IMG/VR virus record: IMGVR_UViG_3300037755_000394
Span: 1-25,248 of that record
Source: a virus
Lineage: Duplodnaviria; Caudoviricetes
DNA: 25,248 bases
Reading direction: 5' to 3' (one strand)
In this document: piece after piece, positions 8,464 to 16,166 of the stretch
How positions within the stretch are numbered: the first letter of the stretch is position 1
Layout: every line of letters starts with the position of its first letter
Position numbers and translations under genes: made by a program
The notes under the pieces: model-generated
Seen by the model: only the letters and a program-made list of their open reading frames with translations
Database searches by the model: none
Told to the model about the DNA's origin: nothing

Positions 8464-9280
8464 CGCGGCTGAAAAGAAGATGGCCCGGATCGGGCTCACG
8501 GAACTCTTGCGAGTGATGCGGGCCGCACGGGTGAGTATCGCCAGGCAAATATCGGAGGGCGTCGCGAACCCGGGCCGATGGGAGGACAAGCTGTCCAGGA
8601 TCTCGGCCACGTACGAACTTATCCGGCGGCAGTGGGCCGAATACATCAGCTCTGAGATACCGGAGCAATATGGCCGCGGTATCAAGGCGGCTGCGGCAAT
8701 CCTCAAAGAACGACTGCGGCAATCGGTCCCAGAACTCGGGACGGTTGCGGCACTTGTCTCAGACTCGATAGCGCGGATGAATCTCGCGACGCGGGAAGGC
8801 GAGGAGCTGGTCCATCTGCTTTTCCGGCGCACCCAGCAGGCTGCTTTGCTCGACGAGGAAATATCCCGGCGTCTGGCCGAGGGCCTGACCGACGAAGCTA
8901 CGCCGAATAATCTGAAAAAAATACTGAAAACTGACCTGTACAAAGCGCTTTCAGGCGGAAATGTTCTGCTGATAAACGGGCGGCGGTACAAGGTCGATAA
9001 CTACGCCGAAACCCTGGCGCGCACGCGCACGCGCGAGGCCCAGAGCGCTGCGACACTCGATACCGTGAATTTTGCAGGCGAGGATCTGGTGAGAGTCAGC
9101 AGCCACAACACCACTACCCCGCTTTGCAAAAAAGGAAACAAGCTCGGATCGCCTGTGTACGAAGGGTCAATAAATTCCCTGTCGGGCCGCCACCCGAAAT
9201 ATCAAAAACTTGATCGGGTATGCCCGTTCCATCCGAATTGCCAGCACGTGATAACGGCGTATATCGAGGTCGCGGCGTGA
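8456..9280 (+). CDS. minor capsid/head morphogenesis protein (SPP1 gp7/MuF-related)
   Basis: GRRYKVDNYAETLARTRTREA, DLVRVSSH..PLC and PFHPNCQH motifs; ATG 8456. Confidence 0.75.
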   Translation: MADAAEKKMARIGLTELLRVMRAARVSIARQISEGVANPGRWEDKLSRISATYELIRRQWAEYISSEIPEQYGRGIKAAAAILKERLRQSVPELGTVAALVSDSIARMNLATREGEELVHLLFRRTQQAALLDEEISRRLAEGLTDEATPNNLKKILKTDLYKALSGGNVLLINGRRYKVDNYAETLARTRTREAQSAATLDTVNFAGEDLVRVSSHNTTTPLCKKGNKLGSPVYEGSINSLSGRHPKYQKLDRVCPFHPNCQHVITAYIEVAA

Positions 9281-9963
9281 TTCGGGTTGGAAACGAAAAT
9301 GCACGCCCGAGGATGCCGCACGCCATGATTCGAGTATCCCGCGCCGCGCCGACCGGCAATACAAACTGGCTTGTGGAATGGTGCAAAGGCGAAGACGTTT
9401 TTGTCGTTGCGGGTGGATCGTCTCTCAAAGATTTCGATTTTTCGAAACTGAAGGGACGTCGCGTCGTAGCTGTGAACCGATCAATATACAAAGTTGACGC
9501 GGATATTGTTTGCTTTCTGGACGCCGAAATGGCGGCTGAATTTCGCAAGAAGTTCCCTGATTTTCCGGATGGTTGGAAAACGCGCATCGTCGCAGGGCAT
9601 TACGGGGGCGTATATCCGTCCAGGAATGTTACTGTTGTACGGATTTCGAATATGATGCCGCGCGCTGCTTCGCCGCATGGACCGATGGTTGGCCGCGCGT
9701 CTTCGGCACAGCTCGGAATTTCGTGCGCTATCGTTGGGGGCGCGCGAAAGATTTATCTGCTCGGTGTCGATGGCGATTCGAACGGTCATAACACACCACA
9801 CCCAAACGATGCAAAATCGAAGGAATGGCACAAGGCGCAATACGGCAGAATCGCAAGTTCATTTTCCGCTTTCGAGCCGTGGAAATCGATGATCGTAAAT
9901 CTGAACAAAAAATCGAACGTGAAAGTGTTTCCGTTCGGGGATGTTGACGAGGTTCTCGCGTGA
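9277..9963 (+). CDS. Maf/DUF115 (MptE-like) fold protein, candidate nonulosonic acid transferase
   Basis: VVAGGSSL..VVAVNRS..ADIVCFLD..SSAQLGISCAIVGGARKIYLLGVD motif series. GTG 9277 overlaps the upstream TGA and follows RBS GAGGT. Confidence 0.6.
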   Translation: MIRVGNENARPRMPHAMIRVSRAAPTGNTNWLVEWCKGEDVFVVAGGSSLKDFDFSKLKGRRVVAVNRSIYKVDADIVCFLDAEMAAEFRKKFPDFPDGWKTRIVAGHYGGVYPSRNVTVVRISNMMPRAASPHGPMVGRASSAQLGISCAIVGGARKIYLLGVDGDSNGHNTPHPNDAKSKEWHKAQYGRIASSFSAFEPWKSMIVNLNKKSNVKVFPFGDVDEVLA

Positions 9964-10595
9964 TACCGATCTTTATACCAGCGCGCGGTAATTCGAAGCG
10001 GATTCCACGGAAGAATTTGCAGCCATACAGGGACACAACCCTGCTCGGGTGGGGGATTCGGAATGCGTCACGGGTCGGGCCAGTCTATGTTTCTACGGAT
10101 TGCGCCGAAATTGCGTCTAACGCGCGAGAAAGCGGAGCGACAGTTATCGACCGCCCGGCGGATATTGCGGACGACTATACTCACGCTTTCGAAGCTCTAA
10201 AACACGCTCTGCCGTTGATGGGGATCGAAAAATACGTTGGGATGCTTAATATCACATGCCCTGAGCCAGGCTGGCCGCAAATAATCGAAGCATTGCCGGC
10301 GCTGATGAAACGCAATCGAATTGCGGCATTCACGGCCTACCCATTCCGGGGATTTATTTATTCGCGCAAGGGGCCGGTGCTTGAATCGCATAACAGAGCG
10401 TGGAACCAGCGCCCGCGATCTCAGGATCAGCAGACGTATAGGGAATCAGGCGCGTTCTATTTTTTCCGTGCCGACCATGTAATGCTTATGCCTGATCAGA
10501 TCATACCGCAATCTCAGATTATAGAAGTGCCGGAAACTCCGGAAATCGACTACCCGGAGGACCTCGAAAGATGCCGCATTTTGTCGCAGAAATAG
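9960..10595 (+). CDS. neuA: CMP-nonulosonic acid synthetase (acylneuraminate cytidylyltransferase)
   Basis: IPARGNSKRIPRKNL, YVSTD, IDRPADIADD, RSQD, YRESGAFY and EIDYPEDL. Confidence 0.9.
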   Translation: MIPIFIPARGNSKRIPRKNLQPYRDTTLLGWGIRNASRVGPVYVSTDCAEIASNARESGATVIDRPADIADDYTHAFEALKHALPLMGIEKYVGMLNITCPEPGWPQIIEALPALMKRNRIAAFTAYPFRGFIYSRKGPVLESHNRAWNQRPRSQDQQTYRESGAFYFFRADHVMLMPDQIIPQSQIIEVPETPEIDYPEDLERCRILSQK

Positions 10596-11398
10596 GGATA
10601 AATCACAACGGGGACCCGGCGAATGCGATTAGAATTGCAACACGTCTGAAGGGATATGCCGACGTTATAAAATTCCAGCATATGCACCCGCGAAAATTCC
10701 TGTCGTTGGAATCGTATAACAGCCCGCACCCGGTCCCCGAAAATTCATTCGGGGCATCGTACGGAGAGCACAAGGAATTTCTGTACTGGCCTATCGAAAC
10801 ACACAGGGAAGTTGCGAACACAATTCGCACTCTCGGAATGCAGGTCGCCTGGTCAGTATGGAACCATGATGCGGTCGATGAGGTGCTCGCGTCTGAGCCT
10901 GCGTACGTCAAAATACCGTCCGCGCTCTGTAATGATTTCGGGCTATTGCAGCACGTTTTCAGTGGAGCGAAATGCCCGATCCATATTTCGTTCGGAATGA
11001 CGCGCGGAGAAGAGCGCGAGGCCCTGATCGCATTTATCGCGAGGTTTCCGGGAGTCGAACATGTTCTATACGATTCCACGTCGGATTATTCTAACGAAAA
11101 TGGGAGTGTCTACATGACGCGACTGAATTCCGGTGTTTGCGGGTTTTCATGCCATGCGCCTTCGATCGCGTTCGGAATTGTTGCTGCTTCTCACGGATTC
11201 GATTATGTCGAATACCATGTGACCTTATCTCGCGACATGAAAGGAACAGATCACACAATATCACTCGAAGTCGAAGAATTTCAGGAAATGGTATCTTTGT
11301 GCAGGGATGCGGCGCGTATAAGTGACAAGCGACCGGACGAAGTCTCAGAATTTGAGGCGAGTGCCCGGAAAAAACTATGGCTCGGCGGAGAACAATGA
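10571..11398 (+). CDS. neuB: nonulosonic acid synthase, NeuB family, short form without the C-terminal SAF domain
   Basis: VAEIGINHNGD, VIKFQ, YVKIPSA, GFSCH and EYHVTLSRDMKGTDH; 275 aa. Confidence 0.9.
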   Translation: MPHFVAEIGINHNGDPANAIRIATRLKGYADVIKFQHMHPRKFLSLESYNSPHPVPENSFGASYGEHKEFLYWPIETHREVANTIRTLGMQVAWSVWNHDAVDEVLASEPAYVKIPSALCNDFGLLQHVFSGAKCPIHISFGMTRGEEREALIAFIARFPGVEHVLYDSTSDYSNENGSVYMTRLNSGVCGFSCHAPSIAFGIVAASHGFDYVEYHVTLSRDMKGTDHTISLEVEEFQEMVSLCRDAARISDKRPDEVSEFEASARKKLWLGGEQ

Positions 11399-11997
11399 AA
11401 AAAGTTAAAGCTTCTATCGAAAACCTGAATCCAGAAACGCGGAGGATAATTCAGGAATGCCTGCGGTTTAACGGAGGCCGTTCGCGACCGGACAAGACTG
11501 CACCTGCTATCCTCAAGGCCCTCGAAGGAAAACACGGCATGATCCTGGACGTGGGCTGCGGGCGCGGATCGTTTGGGCGAATTATTCACGCGGAATACCC
11601 TAACCGGTTCGGCGTCGACGGCGTCGAGGTCCACGGCGAATATCAAAAAGACGCATCGCGCGGCGGATACCGGAAGATTTACCGTGAAAACTATCTGGAG
11701 ACGTATTTCAAGCGGCGCGGGTATCAGTTCTATTTGTTCGTCGACGTGCTGGAGCACTTTGACGTCAAGTCCGCGATCAAAGTAGTCAAGACGATCCAGC
11801 GCCTGGATAAAGAATCCACAGTTCTTGCGTCGATTCCTAACGCGCCGAAATACTGGAAACAAGACCCTGACTTCGAGAATGCGAACCCGCATGAGGCGCA
11901 CCTTTTCAACTGGACCGACGAGCTTGTCGAAGCTGAACTCGGACTGAAAAAAATAGCTTCGCCGGATGGTCTCGGGGTATATTCGAACCGGCCATGA
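11395..11997 (+). CDS. class I SAM-dependent methyltransferase
   Basis: ILDVGCGRG, DGVE, DVLEHF and SIPN. ATG 11395 overlaps the neuB stop. Confidence 0.85.
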   Translation: MKKVKASIENLNPETRRIIQECLRFNGGRSRPDKTAPAILKALEGKHGMILDVGCGRGSFGRIIHAEYPNRFGVDGVEVHGEYQKDASRGGYRKIYRENYLETYFKRRGYQFYLFVDVLEHFDVKSAIKVVKTIQRLDKESTVLASIPNAPKYWKQDPDFENANPHEAHLFNWTDELVEAELGLKKIASPDGLGVYSNRP

Positions 11998-12713
11998 ACG
12001 CCTGTATCGTAATAGCGGCGGAGGAAAATTTCCGCCCGGGGCTGACGACGCTACTGTATTCGCTACGTAAGCATAATCCGGGATTGCCCCCAGTCAAAAT
12101 TGCGTCCGCCTCAATTTCAGAATTCGAAGATTGCGAAATACTGGCGGTCGATCCGTCTGAGTATAAGGGATGCGCGCCGGTCGGTAGCAGATTTACAGCA
12201 GCATGGCACAAGCTCGAAGCGTTCCGTTTGCATGGGTTTGACCAGGTAGTCTTGCTTGATTCTGATCTGCTTTGCCTGGGAGACATTTCAGAGTTGTGGG
12301 CCGAAACGTCGGCTGACATTCGCACGACACTGCTAAAGCGCGGCGTTGATTCTTCCGTGTGCGTGCTCGGGAAAAAAATCCGCGACCACTGGGTACACCA
12401 CAAACTCGTCTGGTACGGACGCAACGGAAAGAGCTACGACGGAGGGGATCAGGGCGCAATCGATTCACTACTCGCGCAATTCCATTTCAAGCACAAGCCC
12501 CTGGCGAGAAAATACAGCGTACTGAAACGGATTTACAAAACGCCTCAGTGGGCGAATATTAAAAAAGACATACGGTTGCTGCATTTCGTGGGTAGCAAGA
12601 AGCCATGGAACGCCGGGCTACCCGCATCCGCTCTTGAAAGAAACGGCGGCGAGCGTGGTTACGAAGAGCTTGAAGAAATCTGGCACAGGTATCACCGCGA
12701 GGCGACCGCGTGA
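11994..12713 (+). CDS. glycosyltransferase family 8 (glycogenin-like)
   Basis: LLYSLRKHN, KLEAF, DxD motif LLDSDLL, GDQG and LLHFVGSKKPW. Confidence 0.85.
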   Translation: MNACIVIAAEENFRPGLTTLLYSLRKHNPGLPPVKIASASISEFEDCEILAVDPSEYKGCAPVGSRFTAAWHKLEAFRLHGFDQVVLLDSDLLCLGDISELWAETSADIRTTLLKRGVDSSVCVLGKKIRDHWVHHKLVWYGRNGKSYDGGDQGAIDSLLAQFHFKHKPLARKYSVLKRIYKTPQWANIKKDIRLLHFVGSKKPWNAGLPASALERNGGERGYEELEEIWHRYHREATA

Positions 12714-13450
12714 AATTATTTCGACATATTGACATTGAAACGTCGAACCTGTGCAACCGGTCGTGCTCTTATTGTCCGGTTTCGCTCGGGCTGCGTGGCG
12801 GTGACAAATATATGCCGCTCGCTGTGGTAGAGAAAATAGCCAGAGAACTCGGAGAATTAAATTACGCTGGGAATATCAATTCGAACATGTATAACGAGCC
12901 ATTGACTGACGTCAGGCTCGCACAAATTTACAGGATACTTAAAAAGGCAGTCCCGAAATGCCGTATCCGGCTGCTTACTAACGGAGACTATCTTTCGCCG
13001 GAACGCGCGGACGAGCTTTTCGATGCGGGCCTGGATTCGATTCGAATCACGGATCATAATCCGGTGCCGAATCAAAAGCTAAAATCTAACGTTGAGGCAA
13101 TCGCAAACAAATATCCAGGAAAGGACATCACACTTAACCGTCTCGAAGGACAGCTCCGCAACCGCGGCGGCACAATCAAGCATGAGGACGCGCAAGCGCC
13201 GGCTGCTGTGTGCTGGCCGCGCGGCCACTCGCGCGCATACATCGATTTTCTCGGGAACATGATCGGCTGCTGTGACGATCCATTTTCCACGAAGATTTTC
13301 GGGAACGTTGCATCCGAAAAATTACTTGACATATGGAATAGCGCGGAATACGTGCGGTTTCGTGACGGTCTTGACAGCGGGCGATATTACTATAAGTTCT
13401 GCAAGGATTGCAATTTCAACGCGGGTAAACAAATACAATGCGAATCGTAG
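12710..13450 (+). CDS. radical SAM protein with SPASM/twitch domain
   Basis: CNRSCSYC, YNEPL, TNGDYL; C-terminal VC..GNMIGCCDD..FGNV..LLDIWNS..CKDC. Confidence 0.9.
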   Translation: MKLFRHIDIETSNLCNRSCSYCPVSLGLRGGDKYMPLAVVEKIARELGELNYAGNINSNMYNEPLTDVRLAQIYRILKKAVPKCRIRLLTNGDYLSPERADELFDAGLDSIRITDHNPVPNQKLKSNVEAIANKYPGKDITLNRLEGQLRNRGGTIKHEDAQAPAAVCWPRGHSRAYIDFLGNMIGCCDDPFSTKIFGNVASEKLLDIWNSAEYVRFRDGLDSGRYYYKFCKDCNFNAGKQIQCES

Positions 13451-13800
13451 TTGATATTGATGGAGTCGTTTGCACCGCTGCTTTTAATGACGGTCTCCCC
13501 GACTATGGGTCGGCCAAACCAATCGTAAAAATGGTGGCGAAAATAAACGATCTGTATCGCAGCGGGCATGAAATAATAATGCACACCGGTAGGCACTGGA
13601 ATTTGCTCGCATTTACGCATGAGCAATTGCATGGCTGGGGGTTGCTGTATCATTCTCTGGTGATGGGTAAACCGCCGGCAGATGTTTTAATTGACGACAA
13701 ATGCGTATTGCCGCAAAATTTTATTTGCAGCGAGGTTGGAGATATTGTGGCCAAAATTGATTCAGATACGCGAGTATATTTTGATCGGAATATTTCTTAA
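13438..13800 (+). CDS. capless HAD-superfamily phosphatase (capsule biosynthesis phosphatase-like)
   Basis: Motif I VDIDGV, motif II HTGR, motifs III/IV GKPPADVLIDDK. Confidence 0.85.
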   Translation: MRIVVDIDGVVCTAAFNDGLPDYGSAKPIVKMVAKINDLYRSGHEIIMHTGRHWNLLAFTHEQLHGWGLLYHSLVMGKPPADVLIDDKCVLPQNFICSEVGDIVAKIDSDTRVYFDRNIS

Positions 13801-14098
13801 TCAGACGCTCACGCGGACACGCATAACGACCAATGAGCTCGGCGGGATAACGAGTGAAGACGAGAAGCCATTTCCATGCCGCGCGGAATTAACCCGGTTC
13901 AGAGTCGCCACGGCGACCGGCGAGCGATACCAGGACGTCTGGAAAGTGTTCGCTATGCCGGGCGCGGACATCCGCGTCAACGATCGAATTATCGTAGCTG
14001 GAACATCGGGGACAGGTGGTGTACCTGATTTCTGGGTCGTCAAAAGTGCTATCGTGCAGCGTGGCTTTTCAGCCTCGCACATGGAAATTGAAGTATGA
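13745..14098 (+). CDS. head closure protein
   Basis: FLNQTLT..NELGG..PFPCRAE..DIRVNDRIIV..SHMEIEV pattern. Start uncertain: TTG 13745 after GAGGTTGGAG, or TTG 13781. Confidence 0.6.
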   Translation: MWPKLIQIREYILIGIFLNQTLTRTRITTNELGGITSEDEKPFPCRAELTRFRVATATGERYQDVWKVFAMPGADIRVNDRIIVAGTSGTGGVPDFWVVKSAIVQRGFSASHMEIEV

Positions 14099-14580
14099 GC
14101 TCCGTCAAAAATACCATCCGCGACGGTGCCGGAAGGTTCGCTCGCAAAATACCGGCGGCTGTGCAGATGGCCGGCGCGTCGGTGGGGCTTGCGATACTGG
14201 ACGACGCGGTCAACGAAGAGCCGACGCCGCCGGTCGATACTGGCCTTTTACGCGGATCGGGGTTTGTCTATTCAGCCGGAAAGCTTGTGAAGGCCGGTCC
14301 GCAGGCAGGCGTCGCGAGCAGTTTTCCCGCAGGCGGGAAGGGATACGAAATCGTGGTCGGATTCAACACGCCGTACGCAAAATACCAGCACGAGGGCTTG
14401 CAGCCAGGCCCAGGGGTCGAAACAAGCTCTGGCAGAAAAATACATCTACAGCCCGGGCCGAAATCACAACAGGCTGGAAACGTCGGAGGCCGGTTTTTGT
14501 TCGCAAAGATAGAGAAAAACAAAGACAAATACGCGGCAATTTTTGCGGACCGCCTCGGGCGCAACACGGGGATGCGATGA
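14095..14580 (+). CDS. neck/tail completion protein (HK97 gp10-like)
   Basis: PVDTGLLRGS and GFNTPYAKYQHE motifs; ATGA overlap with the upstream gene. Confidence 0.75.
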   Translation: MSSVKNTIRDGAGRFARKIPAAVQMAGASVGLAILDDAVNEEPTPPVDTGLLRGSGFVYSAGKLVKAGPQAGVASSFPAGGKGYEIVVGFNTPYAKYQHEGLQPGPGVETSSGRKIHLQPGPKSQQAGNVGGRFLFAKIEKNKDKYAAIFADRLGRNTGMR

Positions 14581-14993
14581 TTTTCCATCTGCTGTACAAA
14601 TTACAGACCGAATTCCCTGATCTGACGTTTGTTGCCGAGGGCGAGCTTTCGTCTGATCCGCAAAGGCGGATTGTGATTCAGTCCACCGGCGGAACGACCG
14701 CAGGGTATTCGGGTCGCGCGGACGACACCGCGCAGATCCGCGTATACGATCTCGATCAATTGCGGTGTTACAACGACGCAAAACGTCTGCACGAATACCT
14801 GAAAGAGCGGTTCCGCGTGGTGTGGGAGCCGCATCCGGTTCTCGGAAGCGGAGCCGGGCCGATAACGATCGCCAGGGTCGCTGCGCCGAACCGCCCGCAA
14901 GCGTTTGGCCGGCAGGAGCCGGACGGGTTAATGCTGTATTTATTCAACGTCGTCGTGACCTGGAGCGATAAAACGCTTGACGTTTCGACGTAG
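14577..14993 (+). CDS. tail terminator protein
   Basis: ATG 14577 overlaps the upstream stop; 138 aa; position directly before the major tail protein; QIRVYD..YNDAKRLHEYL. Confidence 0.6.
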   Translation: MIFHLLYKLQTEFPDLTFVAEGELSSDPQRRIVIQSTGGTTAGYSGRADDTAQIRVYDLDQLRCYNDAKRLHEYLKERFRVVWEPHPVLGSGAGPITIARVAAPNRPQAFGRQEPDGLMLYLFNVVVTWSDKTLDVST

Positions 14994-15004
14994 GTGAGCA
15001 TTCT
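14970..15004 (+). promoter_or_regulatory. putative promoter for the tail genes
   Basis: AAAACGCTTGACG (TTGACG 14977-14982) and CATTCT 16 nt later; third copy of AAAA-N-GCTTGAC. Confidence 0.4.
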
Positions 15005-15009
15005 CAAAC

Positions 15010-15121
15010 TGACGGCTCCCGTCCGCTTCGGCGGCGGGAGCATATCCAATCGCTGGAGAAGCGAGCACGCGCGGAGAGCGCGTTCTGAAATCAGAACGAT
15101 TCCACTCTCTGAGGTGTGCAA
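15010..15121 (+). ncRNA. structured 5' leader of the major tail gene (same motif as 6484-6564)
   Basis: GCTCCCG-T-CCGC-TTCG-GCGG-CGGGAGC; TCGCT-GGAGA-AGCGA; ACGCGC-GGAGA-GCGCGT; CGTTCTG-AAAT-CAGAACG. Confidence 0.6.
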
Positions 15122-15685
15122 ATGTCCAATTCCTTTTTCGGTGGCCCTCTCGACTTGGGCCCCTGCAACGCACGATACGATACCGCGTCCGGCGGCGAAA
15201 ACATCGATCTTGGTCTATTTGACCAGGTCACAATCCGGTTTGGCCAGGAAGTCACGGACCTTGTATCCGCTCAGACCGGTACTCGGTCTGCGGACGAGGT
15301 TATCACCGCAGGATACGCAGAGGTAGAATTCGGGCTCGCGGAAGCAACGCTTGAGCGAATCGCGGCAACGGTCCCCGGCTTCGAGCTCGAACTTGACTCT
15401 GCAAGCGAAGTTGTCGGCGCCGGTTTCGGTACAGCAATTGGTCTGCGGATGTCGTCTATCGACAAGCAGATGACCTTGATTCGCGTTTTCGACGGTATTG
15501 AATCACAAGATCCGCTCGATGAGTGCATTATTTACAAGGTTTCGTTCGTTCCGACGATCGAACTTGTATACGATGCCGCGACACAGCGTTTTTTCAACCT
15601 GATGGGCCGCGCTCGCCGCGATCCCAACCAACTTTCGCCGAGCGGTCGCCCGCTATTTCTGCGCGTCGGCGCGATGGGAATTTAA
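15122..15685 (+). CDS. major tail (tube) protein
   Basis: RBS GAGGTG then ATG 15122; LDLGPC..IDLG..DQVTIRF..AEVEFGLAEATLE pattern; synteny. Confidence 0.75.
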   Translation: MSNSFFGGPLDLGPCNARYDTASGGENIDLGLFDQVTIRFGQEVTDLVSAQTGTRSADEVITAGYAEVEFGLAEATLERIAATVPGFELELDSASEVVGAGFGTAIGLRMSSIDKQMTLIRVFDGIESQDPLDECIIYKVSFVPTIELVYDAATQRFFNLMGRARRDPNQLSPSGRPLFLRVGAMGI

Positions 15686-15701
15686 TTTCAGGAGGCCCGG
15701 A

Positions 15702-16166
15702 ATGGGCGAGACGGTTTTTAGAGCGCGTAAATCTGCCGGGGAACTGGTGATCGAAGACGCGGACGGCAATGTAAAACATTTGCCGATTCGCGTACTTGAT
15801 CTCCCGACCTGGCAGGAGTACGAATTGTACAGGGGGGAGCATCTCGCTGCACAGTCCGAGCTACAGGAAGTCCAGGAGCAGATCAAAGACGAAAGTATCA
15901 AGTCGACTGAAAAGCGCAAACTGATCTCGCGCGCGAGCGAGCTCGGTTCGCAGGCTGTCAAATCTGTATACGAACAGATGCGGTTTTTCGTTGAGATCGA
16001 AGAGGACGATTTAATCGGACGCGATTTCGATCAGCTTACCCAGATGCTGGAATACATGGTCACGAAAGCATCTTCGCCCGGCGCCAAAATAAAACTCGTT
16101 GTGGAGGGTGAAAGCGAAGACGAAAAAAAGCCCGAAACCGAGAAGCCGGAAGAATCCTCTCACTGA
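15702..16166 (+). CDS. tail assembly chaperone (gpG-like)
   Basis: RBS AGGAGG; acidic helical protein between the major tail and tape measure genes; slippery site near its 3' end. Confidence 0.75.
   Translation: MGETVFRARKSAGELVIEDADGNVKHLPIRVLDLPTWQEYELYRGEHLAAQSELQEVQEQIKDESIKSTEKRKLISRASELGSQAVKSVYEQMRFFVEIEEDDLIGRDFDQLTQMLEYMVTKASSPGAKIKLVVEGESEDEKKPETEKPEESSH
16124..16130 (+). other. programmed -1 ribosomal frameshift site A AAA AAG
   Basis: In-frame GAA AAA AAG gives an X XXY YYZ heptamer; the -1 frame is open to 16453. Confidence 0.85.

Noticed and set aside
1854-8991. Many minus-strand ORFs of 100-270 aa (e.g. 1854-2504, 7153-7683, 8176-8991)
   Set aside because: All lie antisense to motif-supported genes and show no recognisable motifs.
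9277-13800. Cassette as a host chromosomal capsule/LPS locus or a misassembly
   Set aside because: Both ends overlap phage structural genes, the head-neck gene order resumes afterwards, and there are no export, polymerase or mobile-element genes. Read-level confirmation is still advisable.
14016-14576. Long N-terminal extension of the 325-aa ORF
   Set aside because: It overlaps the gp10-like gene out of frame. ATG 14577 with an ATGA overlap gives a normal-sized tail terminator.
15015-15041. C(UUCG)G hairpin as an intrinsic terminator
   Set aside because: No U-tract follows it on either strand; it fits better as a 5' stabilising stem of the leader.
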